From: an uncultured Nitrospiraceae bacterium
GTDB lineage: Bacteria > Nitrospirota > Thermodesulfovibrionia > Thermodesulfovibrionales > Dissulfurispiraceae
Assembly (NCBI GenBank): GCA_947085205.1
Contig: CAMTVO010000030.1
Span: 1-26,123, forward strand
DNA length: 26,123 nucleotides
Direction of reading: 5' to 3'
This document shows positions 15,176 to 24,632 of the stretch, one piece after another. Every line of letters begins with the position of its first letter. Position 1 is the stretch's first letter. Under the pieces are notes generated by a model that was not told the DNA's origin, searched no databases, and saw only the letters and a program-made list of their open reading frames with translations. A program made the translations under genes and the position numbers.

Positions 15176-15635
15176 CTTGCATTCTCTTTTTGCATTTTTT
15201 TATCGCTTGCCTTGCAAGCTCATCGCACCGCTCGTTTTCAGGATGGCCGTTGTGGCCCTTTATCCATTTCCATTTGACCTCGTGTAGCGCTGAAGCCTTA
15301 AGAAGCCTTTCCCATAGATCCCTGTTGATCACATTTTTTTTCTGGGAGTTCTTCCACTTGTTCCTTATCCATCCCGCTATCCACTCGGTCATGCCCTTTA
15401 CAACATAATTCGAATCGGTTGTTACGATTATCCTGCATGGTTTTCTCAGGGCTTCGATGGCAGTGATAACTGCAAGGAGTTCCATCCTGTTGTTCGTAGT
15501 CATCCCGTCGCAGCCTGATATTTCCTTCTCTTTTTCCCCTGACCGCAAAATAGCGCCGAAGCCGCCAACACCCGGGTTGCCGCTGCACGCTCCATCTGCG
15601 TAGATTTCTACAAAAGGTTTCTGTTCTTTTTGCAT
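15162..15635 (-). CDS. rnhA: ribonuclease HI
   Basis: [47 protein letters not shown] 15635 preferred over TTG 15647. Confidence 0.96.
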   Translation of the reverse strand: MQKEQKPFVEIYADGACSGNPGVGGFGAILRSGEKEKEISGCDGMTTNNRMELLAVITAIEALRKPCRIIVTTDSNYVVKGMTEWIAGWIRNKWKNSQKKNVINRDLWERLLKASALHEVKWKWIKGHNGHPENERCDELARQAIKKCKKRMQDEKA

Positions 15636-15645
15636 TACGTAATAC

Positions 15646-15710
15646 AATTAAGAATTACGAATTGGGGAAAATAATTAATTAATACATTAATTCCTAATTC
15701 TTAATTCTTA
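15646..15710. repeat. inverted heptamer arrays filling the selA-rnhA gap
   Basis: AATTAAG AATTACG AATTGGG ... TAATTCC TAATTCT TAATTCT (mutually complementary). Confidence 0.75.
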
Positions 15711-17114
15711 TTAGCTCAACGCTGCTGTTATCCCCTTTACCAAAACCTCAACCTCATGATTTCCGATAGTCCTTGCATCAATAATTAAAGAGTCCTCTTT
15801 TATCCTTGTGATTATTGGCGGTCTGCCGTGGCGTAATCTCTCTTCAAGTTTATTTACAGATAACTTTTTGGGCTTAATTGCTACAACATATGTCTTGAAT
15901 TCGATCTCTGGGAGCGCTCCTCCGCCTGATTGGGATGAATCCTCTATGACTTCAATCTTTGCAATATCCTCATAAGAAGCGCCTAAATCTCTTTTTAATC
16001 TCTGCGCTATCTTTTTTGCTCGCTGTCTTATTTCCTTAACATCCTGCAAAAGCATCTTTAATGTCGGTATTTCCTTTTTAGCCTTGTCTTCATCAAGGTA
16101 ATGCATAAGAACTGCCTCAAAGGTTGCTAGGGTCAATTTATCAATCCTCACTGCCCTCATGAGTGGATTTTTTGCAATTTTTTCAAGCAGTTCTGCCTTT
16201 CCAACAATTACTCCACCCTGAGGCCCGCCGAGGAGTTTATCTCCGCTGAATGTGACAATATCGCATCCTGACTTCACGATTTCCTGAACTGTCGGTTCAA
16301 TGTGAATACCATAAGGCTTGAGGTCAATGAGACATCCGCTGCCGAGGTCAAACATGACCGGAATGTTGTGCTTCCTTCCAAGTGCCGCCAGTTCTTCAAT
16401 TTCAACAGATTTTGTAAAACCAATGGTTCTGAAATTAGACTGATGAACTTTCAATAACAACGCGGTATTTTCATTTATTGCCGATTCATAGTCGCGCAGA
16501 TGGGTTTTATTTGTTGTTCCGACCTCTCTCAGGATCGCTCCGCTCGCGCTCATAACGTCGGGAACCCTGAAAGACCCCCCTATCTCCACAAGCTCTCCCC
16601 TTGAGACTATGACCTCTTTTCCCTTCGCAAGTGCAGACAAACAGACAAATACTGCTGCTGCATTATTATTAACGATAAGGCTGCTCTCTGCGCCTGTAAT
16701 CTCATTCAGCAATCTTTGTATATGCGAATATCTCTTTCCCCTTTCTCCTTTTTCAATGTCATATTCAAGATTTGAATATCCGCAAGCAACCTTTTTTACA
16801 TTCTCAAGAATCTCTTCTGAAAGCACCGACCTGCCAAGGTTTGTATGAATTACAACCCCTGTTGCATTAATCACTGGCTTGAGACTGAAGGCGGAAAGCC
16901 TTTCGATTCTCTTCTGAATGTCGGGAAGCAGTGATTCGACTGAAACCTCTTTGATCTCGTCCTTGTGAATAGCCTGCCTGTTCCCCTCGATAATCTCTCG
17001 GATTGCTTTAAGCACATATCGGCGTGGATACGCTGTCTGCCACTCCAATCCTTTTTCAGACTTTAAGATCTCATCAACAGACGGAAGCGATGCTAAGAGC
17101 TTTTGTGTATTCAT
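15711..17114 (-). CDS. selA: L-seryl-tRNA(Sec) selenium transferase
   Basis: LPSVD, VINATGVVIHTNLGRS, VNNNAAAV, SRGELVEIGGSFR, EVGTTN, FSGDKLLGGPQ. Confidence 0.97.
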   Translation of the reverse strand: MNTQKLLASLPSVDEILKSEKGLEWQTAYPRRYVLKAIREIIEGNRQAIHKDEIKEVSVESLLPDIQKRIERLSAFSLKPVINATGVVIHTNLGRSVLSEEILENVKKVACGYSNLEYDIEKGERGKRYSHIQRLLNEITGAESSLIVNNNAAAVFVCLSALAKGKEVIVSRGELVEIGGSFRVPDVMSASGAILREVGTTNKTHLRDYESAINENTALLLKVHQSNFRTIGFTKSVEIEELAALGRKHNIPVMFDLGSGCLIDLKPYGIHIEPTVQEIVKSGCDIVTFSGDKLLGGPQGGVIVGKAELLEKIAKNPLMRAVRIDKLTLATFEAVLMHYLDEDKAKKEIPTLKMLLQDVKEIRQRAKKIAQRLKRDLGASYEDIAKIEVIEDSSQSGGGALPEIEFKTYVVAIKPKKLSVNKLEERLRHGRPPIITRIKEDSLIIDARTIGNHEVEVLVKGITAALS

Positions 17115-17222
17115 TTTCAGTTGCTCCTGTTCGGATTTTTCTAACTGCCTCTATTTTACTCCTTTTATATAACTCTTTTCAAAGACATGTGGTTTGTATT
17201 ATTATACATACTCTGTGGAAAC

Positions 17223-17266
17223 GACCAATAACCAAATTCCAAATAATGTTTGGTTATTGAAATTTA
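17223..17266. repeat. short inverted 7/8-mer array (11-bp hairpin)
   Basis: CAATAACCAAA (17226-17236) pairs with TTTGGTTATTG (17249-17259); left side GACCAAT AACCAAAT TCCAAAT. Confidence 0.6.
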
Positions 17267-17282
17267 AATTTATGGAGGTTAT

Positions 17283-18422
17283 ATGTTAAAGAGATACCTT
17301 TTAGCTCCGGGCCCGACTCCTGTGCCGCCGGAAGTCCTTCTTTCAATGGCAATGCCCATAATCCATCACAGGTCTCCTGATTTCCTTCCTGTGCTGGATT
17401 CTGCAAAGAAAGGGCTCCAATGGCTCTACCAGACAAAGAACGATGTGCTTATCCTCAGCTCAACAGGTACAGGCGGGATGGTCGGCGCAGTGAATAATTT
17501 CTTTAATCCCGGTGAAAAGGTATTGGTGATAAACGGCGGTAAGTTCGGTGAGAGATGGACAAAGATATGTCAGGCTTATGGATTAAACGTCGAAGAGATA
17601 GTCGTAGAATGGGGATATTCCATAAAACCCGATGCAGTGGAAGCTGCTCTGAAAAAAGACCCTGACATAAAGGCTGTCTTTGTTCAGGCAACAGAGACAT
17701 CAACAGGCGTTTATCACGATATTGAAAGACTTGGAAAGGTAATAAAGAATTATCCTGATACGCTCTTTGTCGTGGATGCAATAAGCGCCCTCGTTGCGCA
17801 GGACTTAAGGACAGACGAATGGGGGGTAGATATCATGGTCGGCGGCTCACAGAAGGGCCTGATGCTTCCTCCGGGTCTCGCCTTTGTGAGTGTGAGCGAC
17901 AAAGCATGGAAAAAGAGCGAGACATCAAAGATGCCGAGGTTTTATTTCAATTTCAAAAAGGAACGGGAAAACCTCGCAAAAAACCAGACAAATTTCACAT
18001 CAGCAGTTACATTGATAATAGGACTCAATGAGGCAATAAAGATACTACAGAAAGAAGGACTTGAGAATGTATTTAAAAGACATGAACGGCTTGCTAATGC
18101 CACAAGAGAGGCTGTAAAGGCGCTCGGACTTGGAATTTATTCAAAAGAATCCCCGAGCAATTCGGTTACAGCAGTTGAAATGCCTGAAGGGATTGACGGA
18201 CAATTGGTTTATAAGACACTCCGCGAAAAATACGGAATTACAGGCGCAGGCGGACAGGATAAGGCAAAGGGCAAAATATTCAGGCTCGCCCACATGGGCT
18301 ATGCTGATACATTTGATATAATAACCGGCATTGCTGCGATTGAAATGACTCTCAAGGGCATGGGCGCGAGTATCGAACTCGGCAAAGGGGTTGCAAAGGC
18401 ACAAGAATTGTTGATGAAATAA
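17283..18422 (+). CDS. class V PLP aminotransferase (alanine-glyoxylate/serine-pyruvate family; probably phosphoserine aminotransferase by context)
   Basis: LLAPGPTPVP, HHRS, GKFGERW, ETSTGV, VDAIS, GSQKGLMLPPGL; GGAGG SD; upstream of serA. Confidence 0.92.
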   Translation: MLKRYLLAPGPTPVPPEVLLSMAMPIIHHRSPDFLPVLDSAKKGLQWLYQTKNDVLILSSTGTGGMVGAVNNFFNPGEKVLVINGGKFGERWTKICQAYGLNVEEIVVEWGYSIKPDAVEAALKKDPDIKAVFVQATETSTGVYHDIERLGKVIKNYPDTLFVVDAISALVAQDLRTDEWGVDIMVGGSQKGLMLPPGLAFVSVSDKAWKKSETSKMPRFYFNFKKERENLAKNQTNFTSAVTLIIGLNEAIKILQKEGLENVFKRHERLANATREAVKALGLGIYSKESPSNSVTAVEMPEGIDGQLVYKTLREKYGITGAGGQDKAKGKIFRLAHMGYADTFDIITGIAAIEMTLKGMGASIELGKGVAKAQELLMK

Positions 18423-18428
18423 AAATAA

Positions 18429-18566
18429 ACAGCAGGTAATATAGGGTGTTAGAGCGACTTCGGCAGCCCAAGCGTAACATGGATGTTTAAGCGGGCTGGC
18501 GCAGCTTCGGAGGAAGGCCGGATGTCTTCCGAGAATGAAGCGGCAATACCCTATATTACCTGCTGT
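18429..18566 (+). other. 138-nt element with 22-bp terminal inverted repeat and two internal hairpins (MITE-like or structured RNA)
   Basis: ACAGCAGGTAATATAGGGTGTT pairs with AATACCCTATATTACCTGCTGT (19 bp perfect plus a G-U extension); internal CAGCCC..GGGCTG and GGAAGGC..GTCTTCC stems. Confidence 0.75.
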
Positions 18567-18627
18567 CATTAACTTGCTATACCGCTCACTCTGTTATGGG
18601 GAGCTAAATAAAAAGGAGGAAGAAAGT

Positions 18628-20205
18628 ATGAAGGTACTCGTTAGCGACAACATCTCATCAAAGGGCATAGAAATTCTGAAAAAGGCCGGACTCGATGTGG
18701 ATGTAAAGACAGGATTGAAACCGGATGAATTGAAGTCAATCATCGGAGATTATCATGCGCTTATAGTCAGGAGCGCAACAAAGGCAACCGCAGATATTAT
18801 CGAGGCTGCAAAAAACCTCAAGGTCATAGGACGCGCAGGCTCCGGACTCGACAATGTGGACAAGGCCGCTGCCTCAAAGAGGGGCATCGTTGTTATGAAC
18901 ACACCTGGAGGAAACACAATAACCACAGCAGAGCATACAATTGCCATGATGTTTGCTGTCGCGAGGAAAATACCTCAGGCTAATGCCTCCATGGCTGAAG
19001 GACGGTGGGAAAAGAAGAAATTCATGGGGATAGAGCTATTCAATAAGACCCTCGGCGTCATAGGGCTCGGAAACATAGGCGGAGAGGTAGCAAAAAGGGC
19101 GCAGGGACTCGGAATGACTGTTATTGCTTACGACCCTTTCCTCAGCGAAGAAAAGGCCAAACAGATGGGCATCAAAAAGATGGAGATTTCAGAACTCATT
19201 AAGCAGGCGGATTTCATAACAATCCATACGCCGCTCACAAATGAAACAAAGAATCTTATAAATACTGAAACCATTAAAACCATGAAGAACGGCGCATACA
19301 TTATTAACTGCGCAAGGGGCGGAATTATCAATGAAAAAGAGCTCTATGCTGCGCTTGAAAGCGGAAAGGTTGCAGGCGCCGCTCTTGATGTGTTCGAAAA
19401 AGAGCCACCGGCGAATAATCCATTGGTCGGGCATGAAAAGGTAGTCTGCACACCGCACCTTGGAGCTTCAACGCAGGAGGCGCAGGAAAATGTGGCCATA
19501 GCAGTTGCAGAACAGATAGTGGACTATCTCGTTCACGGGACAATCAGGAATGCCGTAAACTTCCCGTCGATACCTGCGGATCAGGTGGCTGTCTTGCAAC
19601 CTTACATAAACCTTGCAGAAAAGGTAGGAAGCTTTGCATCCCAGATATTTGATGGAGGTATTACAGAGGTCACTCTGGAATATAGAGGCGATGCATCGGA
19701 ATTAAACATGTCCCCTGTTACAATAGCTGCCCTTAAAGGGCTTCTGACACCAATCCTTGAAGAGACTGTAAATTTTGTGAATGCGCCATTCATCGCAAAA
19801 GAGAGGGGAATAGAGGTAAAGGAGACAAAGAGCACGGATGCAGGAGATTATCAGAGCACAATAACTATGAGGGTCAAATCCCCTAAGAAAGATTTGTCGG
19901 TAACAGGAACCCTTTTCAGCAAAAAAGACCCGAGGATTGTAAAGATAGATGACTTTACAGTAGAGATAGTTCCTGATGGCAACATGCTCTTTATGTATAA
20001 CAACGATAAGCCCGGAGTTATCGGCAATATCGGTATGCTTTTAGGAAAAAATAGTATCAACATCGCAAGAATGCATTTCGGCAGGGAAAAGGCAGGTGGA
20101 AGGGCAATATCAGTGGTAAATATTGATGCCCCTGTATCGGAAAAGATCTTGAAAGAGATAAAGAATCTACCCAATATCCTTGATGTCAAGGTGATAAATC
20201 TATAA
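18628..20205 (+). CDS. serA: D-3-phosphoglycerate dehydrogenase (long form with ASB and ACT domains)
   Basis: MKVLVSD start after AAGGAGG; IGRAGSGLDNVD, GLGNIG, INCARGGI, TPHLGAST; ACT DKPGVIG. The ORF-track extension from 18535 reads through the hairpin element. Confidence 0.97.
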   Translation: MKVLVSDNISSKGIEILKKAGLDVDVKTGLKPDELKSIIGDYHALIVRSATKATADIIEAAKNLKVIGRAGSGLDNVDKAAASKRGIVVMNTPGGNTITTAEHTIAMMFAVARKIPQANASMAEGRWEKKKFMGIELFNKTLGVIGLGNIGGEVAKRAQGLGMTVIAYDPFLSEEKAKQMGIKKMEISELIKQADFITIHTPLTNETKNLINTETIKTMKNGAYIINCARGGIINEKELYAALESGKVAGAALDVFEKEPPANNPLVGHEKVVCTPHLGASTQEAQENVAIAVAEQIVDYLVHGTIRNAVNFPSIPADQVAVLQPYINLAEKVGSFASQIFDGGITEVTLEYRGDASELNMSPVTIAALKGLLTPILEETVNFVNAPFIAKERGIEVKETKSTDAGDYQSTITMRVKSPKKDLSVTGTLFSKKDPRIVKIDDFTVEIVPDGNMLFMYNNDKPGVIGNIGMLLGKNSINIARMHFGREKAGGRAISVVNIDAPVSEKILKEIKNLPNILDVKVINL

Positions 20206-20208
20206 AAA

Positions 20209-20462
20209 GAGTTGAGAGTTTAGAGTTAAGGGGTTATGGAGTTAAAAACTGTAAAAGAATTTATACACAGCGTCAAAAGTCATAACCATTTTGTCATTGT
20301 CCTCCTCCGGCTTGACCGGGGGATTGACCGGACAATCCAGAAGTCATTGAAAACACTGGATTCCGTCCCCCGACTTGATCAGGGAATGACAAGGGGGTCG
20401 GGGAATGACGCTGTTGCTGATTTATGTCGCTATGTATAATATAACTCTTTAACTCCTAAACT
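20209..20462. repeat. inverted GAGTT/AACTC 7-8-mer arrays bracketing REP-like copy 2
   Basis: GAGTTGA GAGTTTA GAGTTAAG GGGTTATG GAGTTAAA (20209-20246) and TAACTCTT TAACTCC TAAACT (20442-20462). Confidence 0.75.
20293..20409. repeat. nested REP/MITE-like palindromic element, copy 2
   Basis: GTCATTGTCC..GACCGGACAATCCAG..CTGGATTCCGTCCCCCGACTTGATCAGGGAATGAC..AGGGGGTCGGGGAATGAC; the last 18 nt are the exact reverse complement of 10199-10216. Confidence 0.85.
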
Positions 20463-20477
20463 TATGTGGCGAGGTAA

Positions 20478-21767
<1,290 letters not shown>

Positions 21768-21769
21768 CG

Positions 21770-21795
21770 CATAAGGGGGACTTTGTCCCCCTATG
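21770..21795 (+). other. GC-rich hairpin right after the purA stop (no U-tract)
   Basis: AGGGGGAC TTT GTCCCCCT; abuts the first comF ATG. Confidence 0.5.
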
Positions 21796-22527
21796 AAATC
21801 CCCCAAAACTTACCAGCAAATGAGACTTTTCGGCAATCTATTAAATATTTTCTTCCCCTCAAAATGCCCTATCTGCGGAAATAAATCAGACAGCTTTCTT
21901 TATAACCCATTCTGTACAACCTGCTGGAAAGGAATCGAAAGGTATTCAGGTCCTGCTTGCAGGATATGCGGAATACCGACGGTCTCAAATCATACAATAA
22001 CCTGCGAATCATGCATTAAAACAAGACATCCTTTCTCGCAAGTGCTATGTTACGGAATTTATGAAGGAGTGTTAAGAGAAGCCATCCATCTCCTGAAATT
22101 CAATGGCATAAAAAGGCTCTCAAAGCCATTGGGATATCTCTTATCCGAGCTGCCGATACCCAAAGCCGACGCCATAGTCCCTGTGCCGCTTCACAATAAA
22201 AGTCTCATGCAGAGGGAATTTAACCAGACCGCTGTTATAAGCCGTCATATCTCAAAAAAATTAAAAGTGCCCTTGATATTAAATGTTTTAAATAAAGTCA
22301 AAGACACCGCCCCCCAGACAGATGTTACAGGAAAAGAGAGGCTGAAAAACGTGAAAAACGCCTACTCTGCTTCGGGAGAAATAAATGGGATCGACCTGCT
22401 GCTCGTGGATGACGTGATAACAACCGGTGCCACTGTTAGGGAGTGTTCAAAGGCACTAATGAATGCAGGTGCAAACAGTGTAATTGTCATAGCATTGGCA
22501 CGCTCGATGCCTAGGCAGAATACTTGA
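21793..22527 (+). CDS. comF: ComF family protein (double zinc ribbon + PRTase domain)
   Basis: CPIC, CTTC, CRIC, CESC; VPVPLH, REFNQ, LLVDDVITTGAT. Start could be 21820. Confidence 0.92.
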   Translation: MKSPKTYQQMRLFGNLLNIFFPSKCPICGNKSDSFLYNPFCTTCWKGIERYSGPACRICGIPTVSNHTITCESCIKTRHPFSQVLCYGIYEGVLREAIHLLKFNGIKRLSKPLGYLLSELPIPKADAIVPVPLHNKSLMQREFNQTAVISRHISKKLKVPLILNVLNKVKDTAPQTDVTGKERLKNVKNAYSASGEINGIDLLLVDDVITTGATVRECSKALMNAGANSVIVIALARSMPRQNT

Positions 22528-22553
22528 AAACATTGTATCCTAACTGGTATATT
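22524..22553 (+). promoter_or_regulatory. probable tRNA promoter
   Basis: TTGAAA, 18-nt spacer ending TGG, TATATT; 9 nt before the tRNA. Confidence 0.5.
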
Positions 22554-22562
22554 TAATGACTT

Positions 22563-22647
22563 GCCGAAGTGGTGGAACTGGTAGACACGCACGTTTGAGG
22601 GGCGTGTGGGGCAACCTATGCGGGTTCGAGTCCCGCCTTCGGCACCA
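22563..22647 (+). tRNA. tRNA-Leu(GAG)
   Basis: Acceptor GCCGAAG/CTTCGGC + ACCA; D arm TGGTGGAACTGGTAGACAC; anticodon arm CACGT-TTGAGGG-GCGTG; long variable arm; GGTTCGAGTCC; 85 nt. Confidence 0.97.
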
Positions 22648-22658
22648 TTTTAATTTAT

Positions 22659-24545
22659 TTAGTATTTTTCCTCTGCCCACATATCTATAGCAAACCTGAG
22701 AACCCTGTTTCTGCCTCTTTCTTTTGCCTTATAAAGGGCGACATCTGCGAATTTTATTGCCTCCCAGAAGTTCTGCGTATCAGTAGGGAATTCGCTTACG
22801 CCTATGCTAATAGTCTTCTGGATAAAACCTCCTGCTATCTTGACCTTTGACTCTTCTATCTTTTCCCGTATCTTCTCAGCCACCTCAAAAGAATCTCCCG
22901 GCTTTATATCAATCAACAATACAAGAAACTCCTCCCCTCCAAAACGTATAACAAGGTCAGAGGTTCTTACGCTCTTTCTTATATTGCTTGCAGCCTCTTT
23001 CAGCACCATATCTCCCACGTCGTGGCCATAAACATCGTTAGTTTGCTTGAAGAAATCCAGATCGCACATCAAAAGACCGAGGGTCGTTCCCCTTCTCAGG
23101 ACGCCCGCAACCAGGTTCTCAAAGCTCTCCTCGAGGAATCTCCTGTTATAAAGGCCTGTCAATGCGTCTTTAAAGGCTGATTCCTTTAATGTCTTCATAA
23201 GACGCTTTGCCTCAAGGACAGGCTGGGCATCTGTTATATATTGCTGTGCCCTGCTTATCTTCTTCTTTATATCGTCTATATCGCATGTGCCTCGTTTACC
23301 GCATACAAACTGAACAACCCCACCAACATTGCCCCCGATTATAATGGGAATGCAATAATGGATATCGCTTACCCTCTCAATATAATATTTGCATATATTG
23401 GGATAATCTGCCGATGAAACCGTGTGTCCTGTCCTCTTTGCCCTGCACAATTCGCAATCCAGTTGAATATCCCTTTTGCAATGCAGTTCTACACCTTCTG
23501 CCTCCGGCGGATATACTATCTTCATATTATTTTTACTGCTCGAGACCTCATACATTACACAATTATCAAATCCAAGGTCCTCTATAAATATCTTTCCGAG
23601 GCGCATATAAATGTCTTCTATAGATTCATCCTCTTCTATTATCTTCTTGAAGGAGGTTGCATGCCCTATTGTATCCATCAGCTTGTTAAATTCGTTGGAA
23701 AGCACTCCGAGTTCATCTTTTGAAACCACATCAAGCTTCCTGGTCAGGTTTATCTCTCCTGCCGACAATGCCTTAATCTGAGTAATAATCGCCTTAATCG
23801 GCTTTGCAAGCGAGCGGGATATGAGCACCCCGAAAACACCCGAAAGCATTGCGGCAATACCAAAGGCAAGGCTGATGAGGATTATGGCTATGTTGAACCT
23901 GCTCTTTATTATGCCTGTAAATGCCCCCCATTCTTTGCCAATGCTTATAGCATATTCGTTCAGGACGGTTACGGTATCTCTTGTAAGGACATCATAACTG
24001 GAAAGCTTTTCCTGCAGGGCGTCTCCATTTGTACCGCTGAGCTTTTTCTCTACCATCTCTGCAAGAATCCCTTCGAGCTGGTCGACCTTGATAATGACAT
24101 CTTCTATGAATTTCCTCTTTTCTGCCTCTTTCACAGGCACTACTACGAATTCATTATAAAATTGGCCTGTTCCCCTTGAATAATCCTTTATACTCCCGCC
24201 TATAAGTAATATCTTAAGGTAAGAGCGGCAGTCCTCCAGTCTTGCCTTGCCGTTGAGGTAATTATTGTTAATTCTTTCCGTGTCTTTATAGAGTATCACC
24301 TTATGTGCCGAAATGCTTGCCCCTCTCAACTTCCTTACTACACTGTTGATTGTCTTTTCCTGAGGCCCGATTACATCGACCATCCTTTTGGATTTTGCAC
24401 TCATGTCGAACATTGTAATTAGGCCGATAGCCGATATTACTGCAAGCCAGAAGAGTGAGCCGAGGGAAAACAAAAGAAATTTTTTCCCTACTGGGAGGTC
24501 GGTAAATGTAAGGAGGTTTATGAGTTTTTTCAGTATATCTTTCAT
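22659..24545 (-). CDS. membrane-bound diguanylate cyclase (TM-sensor-TM-HAMP-GAF-like-GGDEF)
   Basis: [28 protein letters not shown]-site, [40 protein letters not shown] 24545 preferred over TTG 24572. Confidence 0.93.
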   Translation of the reverse strand: MKDILKKLINLLTFTDLPVGKKFLLFSLGSLFWLAVISAIGLITMFDMSAKSKRMVDVIGPQEKTINSVVRKLRGASISAHKVILYKDTERINNNYLNGKARLEDCRSYLKILLIGGSIKDYSRGTGQFYNEFVVVPVKEAEKRKFIEDVIIKVDQLEGILAEMVEKKLSGTNGDALQEKLSSYDVLTRDTVTVLNEYAISIGKEWGAFTGIIKSRFNIAIILISLAFGIAAMLSGVFGVLISRSLAKPIKAIITQIKALSAGEINLTRKLDVVSKDELGVLSNEFNKLMDTIGHATSFKKIIEEDESIEDIYMRLGKIFIEDLGFDNCVMYEVSSSKNNMKIVYPPEAEGVELHCKRDIQLDCELCRAKRTGHTVSSADYPNICKYYIERVSDIHYCIPIIIGGNVGGVVQFVCGKRGTCDIDDIKKKISRAQQYITDAQPVLEAKRLMKTLKESAFKDALTGLYNRRFLEESFENLVAGVLRRGTTLGLLMCDLDFFKQTNDVYGHDVGDMVLKEAASNIRKSVRTSDLVIRFGGEEFLVLLIDIKPGDSFEVAEKIREKIEESKVKIAGGFIQKTISIGVSEFPTDTQNFWEAIKFADVALYKAKERGRNRVLRFAIDMWAEEKY

Positions 24546-24571
24546 ATAAATTTTATTTAATAATTCTTCCA

Positions 24572-24600
24572 ATTATACTAATGTTTAAAAAAGCAATCAA
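24572..24600 (-). promoter_or_regulatory. sigma70 promoter of the diguanylate cyclase
   Basis: TTGATT (24600-24595), 17 nt, TATAAT (24577-24572). Confidence 0.65.
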
Positions 24601-24632
24601 GATTTTTTTGAATTAATGTATACTAACTCTGT

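Noticed and set aside
15711..17114. Selenoprotein (UGA read-through) genes near selA
   Set aside because: All neighbouring CDSs appear full length with no in-frame TGA at a catalytic Cys position; selB, selC and selD are not in the window.
20261..20269. Perfect DnaA box TTATACACA suggesting oriC
   Set aside because: Single box; no cluster of boxes or unwinding element was seen nearby.
20236..20439. 67-aa ORF between serA and purA
   Set aside because: It is a translation of the repeat composite rather than a credible gene.
22563..24632. Genomic island integrated at tRNA-Leu carrying the diguanylate cyclase
   Set aside because: No integrase and no duplicated tRNA 3' end was found in the window.
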